Source: Cycas panzhihuaensis (taxonomy: Eukaryota > Plantae > Cycadophyta). From it: 64,000 bases of DNA. The stretch spans positions 139,197,741 through 139,261,740 of the forward strand of contig CM041465.1 in NCBI GenBank assembly GCA_023213395.1. Reading direction: 5' to 3'. Shown here piece after piece: positions 24,618 to 38,636 of this stretch. Made by a program: the position numbers and the translations under genes. The stretch's first letter is position 1. Each line of letters starts with the position of its first letter. Under the pieces are notes generated by a model. That model was not told the origin of the DNA. It did no database searches and saw only the letters and a list, made by a program, of their open reading frames with translations.

Positions 24618-27299
24618 ACTTTTGGAACAATCAATGTTTTACAATGTTAATAAGATTGTGCATGTATATATTGTATAAAAAGTTATACTTTGATCATTAT
24701 CTTTATTGAATGGTAATTGTTCATGTCCTATTGACACACCTTCCTTCACATCACTAAATAATAGAATTCCTTTGAGCAACCTCATGTATTGAAGATGTTC
24801 CCTAGAGGAGGATTTGGTTCCATGAATAAATTTGAAGTTTTCATATATTTAAACTCTATTATTCTAATATCTTGTTCATCATGGGATCATTCATCTACTA
24901 TATTAATAATTTATTTATTTAAACTAAACAACTCAAAACATTTACTTACAATAATACACTTTCTTCCTATTTGATGATCATAAAAAATAATTGTGTTAGA
25001 GCTTACAAAAAGGTTAATAACATGGACATTTCCAAACTATTATAGTTAATTAACGCATACATAACTTTTTAAGGCCTTTAACATGGATAAACAACCAATC
25101 TACTAAAGTTAAAACTTGCATAATAATTTTAAGAAAATTTGTTTTCATAATTCTTGAAGGAGTTAAATTGATTGAGAATCATCATTTTCTCCCTCCTTAC
25201 ACATTCTTATTTTATGCCAATCTTTTAATTACAAACCAATCAATAGAGCCATTTATGTGTCCTTGGATTATTGGCCCTCTCTCTTAACTCAATTTCATGT
25301 AGGATTATGTCAAACACTTAGAAAACCTTATTGCTCTTGGAGTTGAGAGCCAAATTATTGTTTGAGCTAGTTAAAGATCAGACACATGTATCTTGTTGTG
25401 CTATGGGAATTATTCATAAAATATATACCATTGGGATCCTATATATGTAATGAACAATATAAAGGAAAAAAACATTCCTTCAAAAACCCACTTAGTAGGT
25501 TGCTAACTTCTTTAAGTAATAGGTGAAAAGGGAATGCAATAGTGATAAGGATGTTTCTATAGAAAACACTCTCCCATATAAGAATTAATGACAACCATAA
25601 TGTTAGTTATATATAAATATGAAGACTCACTAATATAACATAAATTTTGTGAGCTTAGTGAAGTGCTAAAAAAATTTGTAGAGTAGTCTACTTATTACTT
25701 ATAACATGCATACACGATTTAGAAATCTATACATATATGTACTCTTTTGAATAAACAAAATGAAAGGGTTCCCTAGTATGGTAATTCAAGAACAAACTAA
25801 TGTGCCTTTTAGTGAGTTATTCTCTCTTCTCTTGTTGATGGTAGTAATACAAACAAACCACACGTTTTTGTTTACTTTAGCTAGACATGCATTGTTGAAG
25901 ATTATTCTTTTACTATTATAGCAAGTGTTACGTAGATGCCAAAATTACTTTGAAATGTTGATCAAAACTTTATGTGAATGGATTACCTACTTATTTAGAT
26001 GTCCTTTGAAGTTGTAAGTGTGGCCCATTTTGTCAAATAGAAGATGAGGAAAGTTTCCTCTTAATGCGTTGATAAGAAGCTTGGATTTGTTCAATAAAAG
26101 AAATATGTCATGCTACTCTTACGTATATTAAATGATAGAGAGCTTTAGTAAAATGCATAGGGACAAAAGTTGACCATAACATCCCGTGTTAATATAGTAA
26201 TGAAATGCAAGCATAAAAGTTCTAGGGCATTTTACAAAACTCTTGGGAGGCAATAAAACCATTTATTTAATTAAATCTTCATTTACACCAAAGTAGGAAG
26301 AAGTGAAATTTGTTTGGTGTGCAACTTTGAGCTTGTATTCAAGTCTTACAAAGTTTCCTTTAAATAACTTATATTGTAAACTTATTTATATTAAACATAT
26401 GAGTTATCACTTTTAGAAAATGCTTACATACCATAAAATTCATTTACATGTTGTGATGTCCCTCTTATACTATTCTTAACTAACTCTATAGTTTACATAT
26501 TGACTAAAGTAATAGCAAGCTCAAGTTCTACATTATTCTTCTAAGCCCATGTTGAGCATAATATGGTGGTGTATCCTTTGTGACTTTGCTTAGGTGATAA
26601 ATACCACAATGCCCTATGAAATATATATATCTAGGTATTAAAATATTTCCTAGATGGTATGACATTTAGATGTATCCAATATATATAAAGAAATAAAATT
26701 TGTATACAACTACCTATGCAAATAAATTCTTAAAGTTGATTGTCATAATTATGGTCAAGGATGTGAATGTTGCATGGTTTATAACTTCAATTGATATCTA
26801 AGGGTTGGATTTTCCTTGTCCATAATGATGTGATCACATCATATTTTGTAGGAGATGGTTATGATCACATTCATTAACCATAAAGTTACCCTTGGAATTA
26901 ATTATTATAACGAAGTTTTTGAGTGGTCATCATGAGGCTCGAAGGTGACAACATGGAACTGAAAATTTTGTGGGAACTTCATAACTAAAAATCTTAGAAG
27001 TGATTCCAAGTATTCAAACTAGTTACAAGAAGGGATGATTTATTATTCGTTAATGATAAGAGTAATACATGGGCCTCTCAATGTACGAAGGTAACATTTT
27101 TGCAACAAAAGAGCCAAAATCCATTAGAGGATAGGTGAAAGAGGTAATTATCAAAATCCTAATCTAAGAAGGAATGCACTTGGAGAATGAGAATCCATCT
27201 ATGAACTTATAGAGGGAGGATATAATAAAATAAATTGAAAATAGATATCAAACCCTAGCATTTGGTAGGGAAACAAAAAGAAGAGACACATCATCAAGA

Positions 27300-28100
27300 A
27301 CATGTATTGATATGCAAGTTGAATTTAAAATGATTCAAGCTCCATCTTTAGATGACTATAAGAAGATTAATAATAAAGTGAAAGAGTGTCTAAAAGTGAT
27401 GGAATAATAAGTCTACTTTGTAATCAAAATTTCTAAAACTAAGAAGGCTTAGGCGATGTTCAATTGAATGATTTTATTATAATATGGTAGAAATACGAAA
27501 AGATGTGAACCTCATCGACCTTAAAAACTTCCCTTAGGTGAGATTCCTTTATTGCTTCAAGAATGAGTATCTAATAATACATCGTATAGAACAAAAGGAG
27601 AATGAATTCTTGAACTCAAGGCATGCAAGAATTTTTTTTGACAAATACACATAACATTTTATGAATAGTTTTTGAAGTATGGTGCCTATCTAGCATGTAA
27701 AGGTGTGCAAGTAAATTGATATATATATGGATGTTAAATGGTACACTAAAATAAGATGAGAAGTCCTAAACCGAAGAGTTTATGAGGAGTGGTTAGAAAC
27801 GTTAAATATTATGAAATCAATGAGGAAGAAAAGACATTAGATTAGGAAAAACATAATGACAAAGTTATAAGAAGAGAAGAAATAAAGTAAGGACTAAGGT
27901 AATATGACTTAGTAGAATAATTAGTAGCTCAAAATTAAACAAAACTCATTATACAAAGGAAGAAAAAATTTAATGTCATACAAAATGCTAAGAGTGTCTA
28001 CTTTCTAGGAAGGGATATCTCTGAGTTTAAGTGCTATATTTATAATGATTTAAGTCACTATAGACATGATTATCCAAAGTATAAAGGAGCTTTTGGAATA
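27300..28100 (+). pseudogene. Highly decayed gypsy gag remnant
   Basis: Translated fragments IQAPSLDDY, FKNEYL, EQKENEFLN and an eroded knuckle KCYIYNDLSHYRHDYPK (~28030). Confidence 0.45.
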
Positions 28101-28367
28101 GCCATGAAGGTGCAAATAGATCTAAATAACAAAGATGAAGTTCTAGTTTTACCCTATGAGTTGACTTAGATTTTTTAATATAAGTCTTCATCAACCATGA
28201 TATTCTAATGTTATTTAAAATTTATGTACATAATATAATGTAAATAAATAAATAAGGATGATGTTTCTTTCTTTTATTATTCATGGAATTAGATATGAAT
28301 CCTAAAATGGAAGAAGGAATGTTGTGGTTTATTCAATATCAACACAATTGTGAATAATATATGTTTC

Positions 28368-28826
28368 TTTCAATAAGAATTGGTTGTAATAGTGACTAAG
28401 AACCATGGGTGTATCTTTCAACAAGAATTATGTAGTAGTTTTGATTGAGTATTTCAACAACAACTATATATAAGTCTTGACTGATAATAATGCATGCTTT
28501 TCTAAAATAAGAATTAGGTAGTCTTTCCAATTAAAAATGAGTATGACTTTCAATAAAAATTGGATAGCAATATAAAGAACTAGTAATAGTCATGATTAAG
28601 AATAATATATATTCTTTTCATGAGAATTAGGTAACGATCCTAATGGATATATTAATCAATAAGAATTAGGTAGAGTTTTCAATTGAGAATGCTATGTGTA
28701 TCCTTTAATGAGAATTAGGTAGTATTCATGGTTGGGAACAATGTATGCATCTTTCAACAAGAATTAAGTAATAGTCTTGATTATGTGTAATGTGTACGCA
28801 CTTTAATAAAATTTTTTTAGTGGTCA
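28368..28826. repeat. Degenerate minisatellite, ~40-50-bp unit, about 10 copies
   Basis: Recurring core TTCAAYAAGAATTAGGTAGT. Confidence 0.8.
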
Positions 28827-29279
28827 TATTAAAAATTATTAAAAGATAATGTTTAATGTGTAAATGTTTAATGTATCTAGATGTAAGTTGTATCTTAGGG
28901 TCAATAATGTTATAATCCTAAGTATTATGTTAGGATCTAAGGGTCATATTATAATATTATTATGTAAGTAGTTAAAGGGTCATTGGTCAGTTAGTAGGTA
29001 AAAGGTCACTAGTAGGTTAAAGGTCACTTGTCCTACATGTAACTCATCTCACCATCATATTCCCACCTATGATGTATAAATAGGCAAATAAGGTAGAGTA
29101 GGGACATCAAGTTATCATGGAGACTCATGTTGAGTCTATGGTACAATAGTATCATAATGTAATCATCTTTTATCTTAGTTAATATAGTTTTCATTTGTTG
29201 TTCATTGATCTAGTTGATTAATTCCATAAATATATTTTTATCATTTCCTACTTTGATGTATAGATTTAAGTCAGCAAGA

Positions 29280-29800
29280 GATTTTTTAAATCCATTCTGT
29301 TGAAGCTATTAATTAATCTTTAGGTCATACAAGGCCTTCCTAAGTGGACATACTAAGTGCTCATGACCATTTTTAATAAAGCTAAGTAGTTGTTCCATAT
29401 AGATTTCTTCATTTTAAATTCCCATTCAAAAGTGCACTTTTCACATCCATATGGTGTAATTACCTATTAAATTATGCAACTATCATCATAACGAGAAGAA
29501 TAGTATTCATCTTTACTATACAAGTGAATATTTATTATTAGTCAATCCCTTGTTTTTGCTTAAAGTCTTTTGTTATAATTCATGCTTTATATTTATCTAT
29601 AGAACCATCAAATTTAAACTTAGTTCCATAGATCCATTTACATCTAATTGTATGCTTACTATCAAGTAATTCTACCAAAACCCATATGTGGTTTTTCTTG
29701 ACTACTTAGATTTTAGTCTCCATAGTATCATACCACTTTTAGTCTTTAAGTGCTTCTTCAATTATAGATAGTTCATCTATATCTAATACATGTGCCATAA
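29280..29800 (-). pseudogene. Ty1/copia reverse transcriptase remnant
   Basis: The minus strand translates to GSIDKYKA*IITKDF and LHHMDVKSALLNG..EEIYMEQ, matching the Copia RT motifs KARLVAKG and HQMDVKSAFLNG. Confidence 0.8.
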
Positions 29801-30190
29801 AAGTTGTGTTTATTCTTGGGTGTAATACCTAGTTACATAATTATCCTCACTCATTCTAGAGTACTTCCTCTCAGAAAATTAACCTTGTAAATATAGACCA
29901 ACAGTAGTAAAAGCTAAAATAACATAAGTATGCAAACATATCATACTTAAATTGATCACCAAAAGGAGTATCAAAGTACTTTCTTTTCAAAGATAATAAT
30001 ACTCAACAACCATTACAAGTAATATTCGACCCTTTAAATAGATATGCAAGGGTCTTCTTCTTTGTGATTCTATTGGTGACCCTAGTGGCCTTACATCTTA
30101 TTAGATGGTTTAGTAGTCCATGCACAAATCTTAATAACTAATATCAATCCTTAACCCTTTAATAGCTCTCACTTTCTAGTGCTTAGGAAA

Positions 30191-33100
30191 TGTGGGGTTA
30201 TGTTACAAATACTCTTTCTATATTTATTTGTATTTTATATTTGAGGTTGTGAGCCATATAAAATGTGTACCACTTCCAACATTGATTAATGAGGGTTCTC
30301 TCACAGGTGGTGAGTTGTACTATAAGTATGTATATCATTCTTCATTCTAATTTGAGGTTTGTCCATTCTTCCATCTCTTGTGTTAACTTGTGCATACTTC
30401 ATTATTCTTGTGCTTTATTGTTTTATCATTAACTCACCATATAATTTCATCTTTTGTATTCATAATATTTTATTTTTTCAACATGGTATTACATTTTCAT
30501 ATTAATTTTTCTAATACAGTATCAAAGCCTAGGGTTTGAATCCTTGAGGGCATTATTTTAGAGCCTATTTTTTTGTAAATTTTTAGAGTTATAAAATTAT
30601 TTTTAAGAACCTATTTTGTGCTTGATTAGTGACTTGTTCCTTGTCTATTTGAAGGACTATTTAAAGGTATTTACTATTGTATATTTAAACATATTTTTGG
30701 GGCTATTCTCATTATCTTTTGAGATACGTTTGGGGCTATTTTATTACTACTTTTATTCATTTCAAGCAGTTATTTTTGATATTGTTAGGAGGCTATTAAA
30801 AGCTATTAAAATCCTATTTTTGAAGTTGTTTGAAGCTATGAAGAAAGACAAAAATGGTAAATTTTAGTGGCAAAATGTGCTATGTTGAAGACTTTTTGAA
30901 GCTACCATTCATAGAGGAAAAATAAGCAAACTAGCTGCTCATGCAGTCCTGATCACCTTGCAAAAATAACATGTTTACTATTAACAAGGAGGAGATTTCA
31001 TTTTGAGCATATACAGTTGGTGTAACAATCTCCTTCTATGCTAGTGGGTAGATTACAATGGAGTTACTAGCAAAAGTTTAGAGAGTCCTTTCTTACTATC
31101 CAAAGGCTAGAAATTACTCCATATTTACAAAGATTTGGGATTGAGTAATTTGGTGAGGATGTGTTTAAATATATAACCTCTCTATATTATTTCTATAGTA
31201 AAAAATAAATAAAGAAAGAAAAATATATATGTAGCCATGAATCTACATTTCAAAATATTTGCAAAAGAATTGTTATATTTTATCTCTTGGAGACTATTAA
31301 AAACACTATATATGTTATTTTTAAGGGAAAAAAAGGGGAAAAAGTTTTTCGGCTAAGCAACACAACATCTTCTTGGGTTTGTATTCGAATGGAGAAGAAG
31401 AAGATGAGGTGTCACCCTAGAATTTCTTCTCCTGGCCTTTGCATTCCTCTTGGAAATGGCTTGATGCTTCTTTAGATTCTAGTTTAGAGGTTTCTTTAAG
31501 AAGCTTAAGTCCTCTATTTAATAACATTGATCCACTTTTATTTGAAGAAAGCCCAAATACATCATCTAATGTACAAGAAGAAGATGCCTCTCTTGATTTC
31601 TATTTTTCTTAGATAAAAGATGAGGGTCTCTTTGAAGTAGTCCATCGAGAGGGATTAGGTTTGTTGTTGGAGGATGATAATTTAATAGAGATTGCCATTT
31701 TGAAGGAGTAAATTTTGGAAATATGAGGTTGATAGATGCATGAAATTTATGTTCAAGGATAAAATCTTGCCAATATTGATAATTCTAAAGAGTGAGAAGA
31801 AAAAGATATATAGATTGATGGATTATAGGAAGTTATTAATGATGCCTATATGCATGCTACACAAAATGAACACCCACCTCTACATGTGGTTGTATAAGTT
31901 CTTTTCTTTGATCAGGTGAGAACTGTTATGATAGGTGGATTATTGTTAAATAACTTACCAAGTAACATTAAAGTACTTCTATCCTAGGAAAATGGGTCTT
32001 AAGAAAATAAAGCTTAGGAAAGTTATATGCCAATAATTAATATAGAAGATGAATGGGAAGTAGTACATGATGACTTTAAAATTTTGAAGAGAGACCTAGC
32101 TTCAATGAAGATTAGAATAACTGAAGGGAGAAAGATAGTGGAGCAATATGTAATAAGAAAGAGTGAAAAATATAAAATCAAGAGGATTGTTTTTATTTTC
32201 CTCAAGGTCAAAGAAGATTTTCAACAAGTTATGGCCTCTCTGTTGATATCCTCAATGCCTAAATGAAGATACAGCCACTTGTAATTGATGAAGCAGTTGT
32301 TCTCTCCATATAGAGCCACCATGGATATCATGCTTGGTCTACTCACTACCCTTCATCATGCCATGTTTGCCCATGTAATCATCTTCGATATAAAAAGCAT
32401 TGTTACACTATAACTAAACCTTATTGCATCCCTACAACACACCATGGAGGCCATATTTATCCCACCTATATAGAAAAACAATGGTGGCCCAAAAAAATTT
32501 TAACAGAGAAGAAAATAGCAGCACAAGAAGAAATTTTATGCAATGATGCAAAAATGGCTAAACCCTGCATTTTATTTAGGGTATTTTTATTCTTTAATCT
32601 AAGATTTAAGTTTTAATTTCTAGCATATATATTTTTTCATTTAGGCAGATGTGATTTTTTATGAAATGAACATAAATTGTTTTACATTTACAAAAAAGAA
32701 TTTAATTAGATTTGGTGATGTTTGAGTTTTTCCTAGCCCCATAGTCCATTAGCCCTTGGTTACGTTGAGCACCCATGTGACCTCAACTAGTAGGTGAAAG
32801 GGCCTAAGGCCGTAATTTTTAGTTTTCTTGGAGTCTTCATCATTGTTTTGGTTGTTACTTGAGTATATAGACTCTATTTTTTGTCTCATTAGTTGCATTA
32901 GGTTCATACCTGATAGCACTTTCATTTGACAAGTCACTTAATAATATTTGGAGTTGATTTGATGTAGAAATTTTAGCTCAAAGTTAAAAGCTTTTCTTTT
33001 AAACTTATTTTTCTTCATTTTTTTAGCATATTTAGGCATATACATGTATTTTTCAAGATTTCATATCATTTATTATATACTTCATTGATAATGTACCCTA

Positions 33101-34058
33101 AATGGGAGATAACATGTATAAAAGCTCATTTTTGGCTCTAGAGAACCCATTTCACATTGAAATTTATTATTTGAGAGAGTCATTCATATTGTATTTCAAT
33201 CACATCCATTTTTTAGTCATCTATTGGCATTTATTACTAGTATTTTAGCCTTTATAGGCATGATATAAGCTTATAGTGGCATGATTTTAGCCCGTAGAGG
33301 TAATTTAAGGCCATAGTGCTATTATAAGGTCTTAGAGCCATGTATTTCTGGCCATTATAGCTAAACATATTACTTATATTGTTTTATATAAGTAAGAGAT
33401 AAGAACCCTTTTCATCTACTCTTGTACATTTCTTCATTAGCTTACTTGTTTAGCCACATAGGATGGTGTGTTCCTAAAATGAAGTTGATTTAACATTGAT
33501 TGAACAATGTATGTAAAGAAACATCCTAGTGAATTGGTGGTCACAATAGTTAGTTATCCATATGGTCTTATAGATGGTGTTCTCTTCATATGAACATCAA
33601 TAGCAAATTATATCCTTGTAGTAGCTTATGTTCTAGTATTCATTTAAAGACTCAACACTTATCTTTGATGTGATATTTTATTTATGTAATTATATATTAC
33701 AAGGGAAAAATGTTGGGTGCAATACCTACTTATATAATTATCCCCATTCATACTCTCTCTATATTTATTTGTATTTTATATTTGAGGTTGTGAGCCACAT
33801 ATAGATATGTGTCACCTCCAATATTAACCAATGAGGGTTCTTTCACAAGTGGTGAGTTATACTATAAGTATGTACATTATTCTTATTTCTAATTTGAGGT
33901 TTGGTTATTCTTCCACCTCTTGTGTTAACTTGTATGTACTTCATTATTCTTCTGCTTCATTGTTTTATCATTCACACACCACATAATCTCATCTTTTATA
34001 TTCATAGCATATTATTTTTCTAACATGGTATCAAAGCTTCATATTAATTTTTCTAACA
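30191..34058 (+). mobile_element. Non-autonomous LTR element with diverged LTR pair (~30191..30517 and 33711..34058)
   Basis: Long direct repeats (TATATTTATTTGTATTTTATATTTGAGGTTGTGAGCCA...). Eroded Met-PBS GTATCAAAGCC at ~30519; PPT AAGGGAAAAA before TGTTGGG at 33711. No recognisable pol and no clean TSD. Confidence 0.75.
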
Positions 34059-34171
34059 TTTATATGTTCAAATGTTTGCATTTTTTAATTTTCACTTTCC
34101 TTCATAATCAAGTAATATTTTTTGAGCATCCTCCATAATTTTTAAATAGCATTTTGAAAACTTCTTCTTCA

Positions 34172-34737
34172 AGATCTGCCTTATATTTTTCAGATCTGCT
34201 ACACTTACATCAGATCTATAATATTTAGCTTAAGATCTACAATATTTATCAAGTTTTCTTTCAGATCTAGTATATAATTTTCAGATCTACTTACTTTATC
34301 AAGTTTTTCAGCATTTTTTTCTACACTTAGTCCAGATCTATTTATTTCAAGAATTATTACAATATTTTCTGGTATAGTTATTTCAAATCTGTAATATTTT
34401 ATTTTAGATCTATATTTTTTAACATATATATAAAAATCGTTTCAAGTTTTCTTTTCAGATCTGTAATTTTTGGGTGCATATCTTGCCCAACAAACCATAT
34501 GTTACAGTAGATCTACCTATATTCGACTTGTGAGGAAGAAGATCTGTCTACTAGAAGTATTTTGAAGACCATTTTTTGCTGCAAGATAACTACAACCACG
34601 TTTACCAGTTTCTTCATATTTTTTTGCATATTCAAATACATATTACTAATATATCTACTACATATTTGAAAGTTTGTTTCAAATACAAATGTACAGACAT
34701 TTTTTATATAATTTTTTGTCAATATACTTAGATCTGC
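34172..34737. repeat. Cluster of about 12 AGATCT motifs
   Basis: AGATCT near 34172, 34192, 34212, 34233, 34263, 34284, 34335, 34406, 34457, 34509, 34540 and 34729. Confidence 0.7.
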
Positions 34738-36144
34738 TCTCTCAAAACTTAAAACTTTGTAGCATTGAAAGTTTGTTCTCATATTGAGCTTAATTTTTGG
34801 GCTGAAAATAGTCTCCAAGTATTTTCTTTTTTATATTTGTGATTATTTTTAAAAAAATTCATAAACTGTCTAAATTGCAAATAGAAAATATTTGTGTACT
34901 ATTTTCAAGAACCCTTAGCAAAGGTCCACTAGAGATTATCTTGAAATAGTGCTCAAGACTTGTCAAAAACTTCACATTATCCTTCGCTTCTAAAATCATC
35001 TTTGAAATATCATAAACTTATATTACATTACAGGTAAATATTTTACATTGCTATACATAGCTCTGGCACTTATGTTTCAATCTTATAGTTGCAAATTATT
35101 GAATGAACAACAAAGGCAGTGATTGTGACTCCTTCTTTAGCCTTTTCTTACTTCATTTTTACTTGATTATTCGACTTGATGAGAGCATGTGAATATTCAT
35201 TCTTACAAACACTTGTCTCTATCTAAATATCCTTATTCAAATAAGTCATTAAAGTCTCATCTATTACTTCTTTGGGTAGACTAATAGTAACTTGAAGGAG
35301 CTTCTCCTCTTCAACGTTCTGAATAATAAGCCATTGGCATCATTAAACATATTTAATGACTTATTAAGAAGTCATTTCACGCCTGCATATTGGTGGAAGG
35401 AATCTATAGCACCGTTGCCATTTGGTTAAGTGCAGATCAATTTCTACATTTGCGATATCGTCAGCCAACACTGCTTCAATCAAAAGAACAAAATTTGCAT
35501 ATGTCTCTGCCTCATTATCTTGTGCTGAGAAAACTAGTTTATAACTTTACAAAGTTACTCCATTCAATACAGCCTACAGGAATAAAGAATCAAGACATAA
35601 ATTCTCAAAGTAAATCTCAAAAAAAAAAGAAAGAAGAATGTTTTTTTTTACCATTCTGTTCTGCAAAGATAGAAAATACTTTGAATCAGAGAACGTATTC
35701 TAAGCTGCAAAAGAATTTTCCAATCACACCTACTTTCCAATAAAGCAAACAAAATGTCTGCATTGTGTAAATCTGATCACACTAGAATAGAAACAGATTC
35801 AGGGCCCATTTGCTCAATGTTTTTAATCTCAAGTCCTAAATAAGAGGAAGTGAATCTTAGAAACCCTTTATTTTTGCTCCAAGGTTAATATACAATGGCT
35901 CAGTTTTGAGGTGCCTTAATTGCTTCAATCTTATACTGAACTCATCAATTGTTGACATTATCTTGTGTATGTCAAGTTCCACCCATAATGTGGTAGAATT
36001 ATTTTTTGATAGCATCCTGAAAATCATCATAGATAGTGTATATTGTTGAATAGTTTTTCAATGCATAAATGACATTTGAGAGCACAAAGTGAGATTGGTA
36101 TTAGATCTGCACCTTCACATACATAGGTAATCACTTTACTATTG

Positions 36145-36400
36145 CCATCTCATCTTTCCTTCCTTGCAAAGCCATTAAAGAGAATATTATAAGTAACAAC
36201 GTCAAACAACAAACCTTTCCTTGCCATTTCATTTTGTAGCATAATAGCTTCCTAGGTATTGCCAACAGTATCCATCAATGATTGCACTGCAAGTCACAAC
36301 TGGGTTTAATACCTCGCTCCATCATTTTGTCAAACAATCACATTACCTTCATGCGTATTACCTTGCTTTGCATATTCATTAATTAAGGGCATTTCCAATT
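36145..36400 (-). pseudogene. Frameshifted P-class pentatricopeptide repeat (PPR) remnant
   Basis: Across frameshifts it reads LINEYAKQGN / LFDKMMERGIKP / VVTCSAIIDGYC / GNT*EAIMLQNEMARKGLLFDVVTYNILFNGF / KEGKM. This is two to three consecutive PPR motifs. Confidence 0.8.
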
Positions 36401-36968
36401 AGTGTTAAAGGCAGAATCACTCATGTATTTGGATCCCCAGAATTGAGTCTACAGATCTCACCTCACGTTGGGGGCTCAGAATATTGAATCATCATAGTTC
36501 TTATAGATCTGCACTCTCCCTTATAATATCTAACCTGAACGCAAAGCTAAGCACATATACAATACGATGTGCATTAGAGATCTCAACATTATCTAATATT
36601 CACACAAAAGGAATGAGGTCTTGACCTTGCTTCAACTTTAGCTTCAAACTTAGGGGTATAACAGGGAAAAACCCACCCTTGAGCAGTGTTTGAGATGTCA
36701 GTAGCCTTCATTATTAGGAAACCGGCTGGAGAGGTCCTTTGAGTCCTCACCGTCCTTCTCTGGTGCATTGTTCTTCTACAAATCATGGCAGCCTCAATAC
36801 GTCTTTTTTGGACCACTGCAGATCCACATGTAGGGCGCGACGACTAAGCACAGGCGATCTCTACATGCAACACATGACAGCAACGATAAGCGGGTGCAGT
36901 GTAATGGCGGCAGCCGATTTGATTCAAATCTGGCTCGCCCTTTTTTGCGTTCACATTTCTTTTTTCCT

Positions 36969-37045
<77 letters not shown>
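36969..37045. repeat. (TA)n(TG)n microsatellite
   Basis: Directly visible. Confidence 0.98.
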
Positions 37046-37049
<4 letters not shown>

Positions 37050-38636
37050 CCATTGTTTCTTATTCTCAGATTCTTAGCGATTTCATAATCAACTTCATAG
37101 TGAAGGTAGCCATTTTATTGTTTTGATAGCGGCGGTAACATTTTTATTACCTTTATTTAAATATTTTTTATAAAGTTTTTAAAAAAAATTAAATTAAATT
37201 ATATAAAATTTTGATTCCGGATGATTAAAGTTGTTAGTCCTTCGCATACTTTGCCCCCTGGTCATATTCTCTCTTCACGTGACCATTATCTCATTTTAAA
37301 AGGGGTTTCATCACTTTTATAAACTTTTTTTTATTTTTTATTTTTAAAATTTTTATTTTATATAGGGTAATTGACAATTTTTTGCCATATCTTCTTACTG
37401 AGTCATCAATTTTTGACGAAACTAGTTTCATTACATAAAAACTTTTTTGTATATCAATTTGGACTGGTCATATGACCAATTTGGTGCTGATTTGACCCCG
37501 TTTCAGTCGATTTAAAATCAATCAGTCATTTTTTTAGCCTTTTTTAAACTTTTTACAAAATTACTTTTTGAACTGATTATATTTTATTACTAGGTAACTA
37601 TTTTCTACTCGGATCTATTCTTCAGTGATCTATATTCAACAAACTTCATTACCCACCTTTTATTTTATTTTTTGGAATTCATTTTGATTATTATTTTAAT
37701 CGCCAAAAGTGGCACTTTAGTGGTTTTCAGTCTTTTTCTTAACATTTTACTATAAAGGTACCTATTCTCATTTCTACTATAACTTCTCTATTTGATATCA
37801 TAATTTAGTCCTGTTAGTTTCTTTGGGAAGATGACTCAATTCTCTTCAATCTGACATAGAGTTTTATACATTTTAATGTGTTTTTACTGATCTTCAAATA
37901 GATCAAAGATGATGTACTTAATAGCCTCAAATCTACTATTTTGACATATTTTTTATATGTTCTCAAAAATTTTGATTGAAAATATATTAAGAAGCTCTCC
38001 AAGATATATTTGATTATTTTTATAAAATTCTATAAAGTTTTACTAACATTTTTATAAGTTTTTGAGCTCCCTACTCTTGTTAGGCTTAAAAAAGAGGTAT
38101 GTTTATTTGATTTATCAAAACTTGACTTGTAGGAACCCGTTTTCAAAATAGTTAGTTCCGTTGGATTCATATTTTATTAATCCTTATACTGGTGAAGTTT
38201 CATTTTATTCTGACATCGTTTAATATATTTTTGAAGCAGCCAAACTTGAGGTTGTCCTCTAACCCTTCTTTTAAAAGGTTTCTTCATACTCCTTATCTTT
38301 CAAAGTAAAAAATATATATATTTCAGTTTCTTCATCATTATATATTATCATCAAGGCTAAGGATTTATTGTATTGAGAATTTACATTTATTCATTTGAAG
38401 AAAATCTAAAAGTTAAGGTCTTATTTCAAATTTATATCGTTAAAAGGATATTGGTATATGATTTCAAAGTTGTTTCTATATTCATTATTCCCTTATTGCA
38501 TTTAGTTCATTTATTTTTCAAAGGCATTACATTTCTTTTGAAAAGTATATTTGACATCATATAAGTTTAGTCACTTATTAACTTTATATGATTTGATAAA
38601 AGCATACTTTTTATATACTAAAGTTTCTTTAATAAA

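Noticed and set aside
25800-27150. Possible gypsy RNase H/integrase remnants
   Set aside because: Too decayed to identify motifs with confidence by eye.
28368-28826. CRISPR-like repeat/spacer appearance
   Set aside because: The repeats are degenerate, the spacers resemble each other, there are no cas genes, and the context is eukaryotic.
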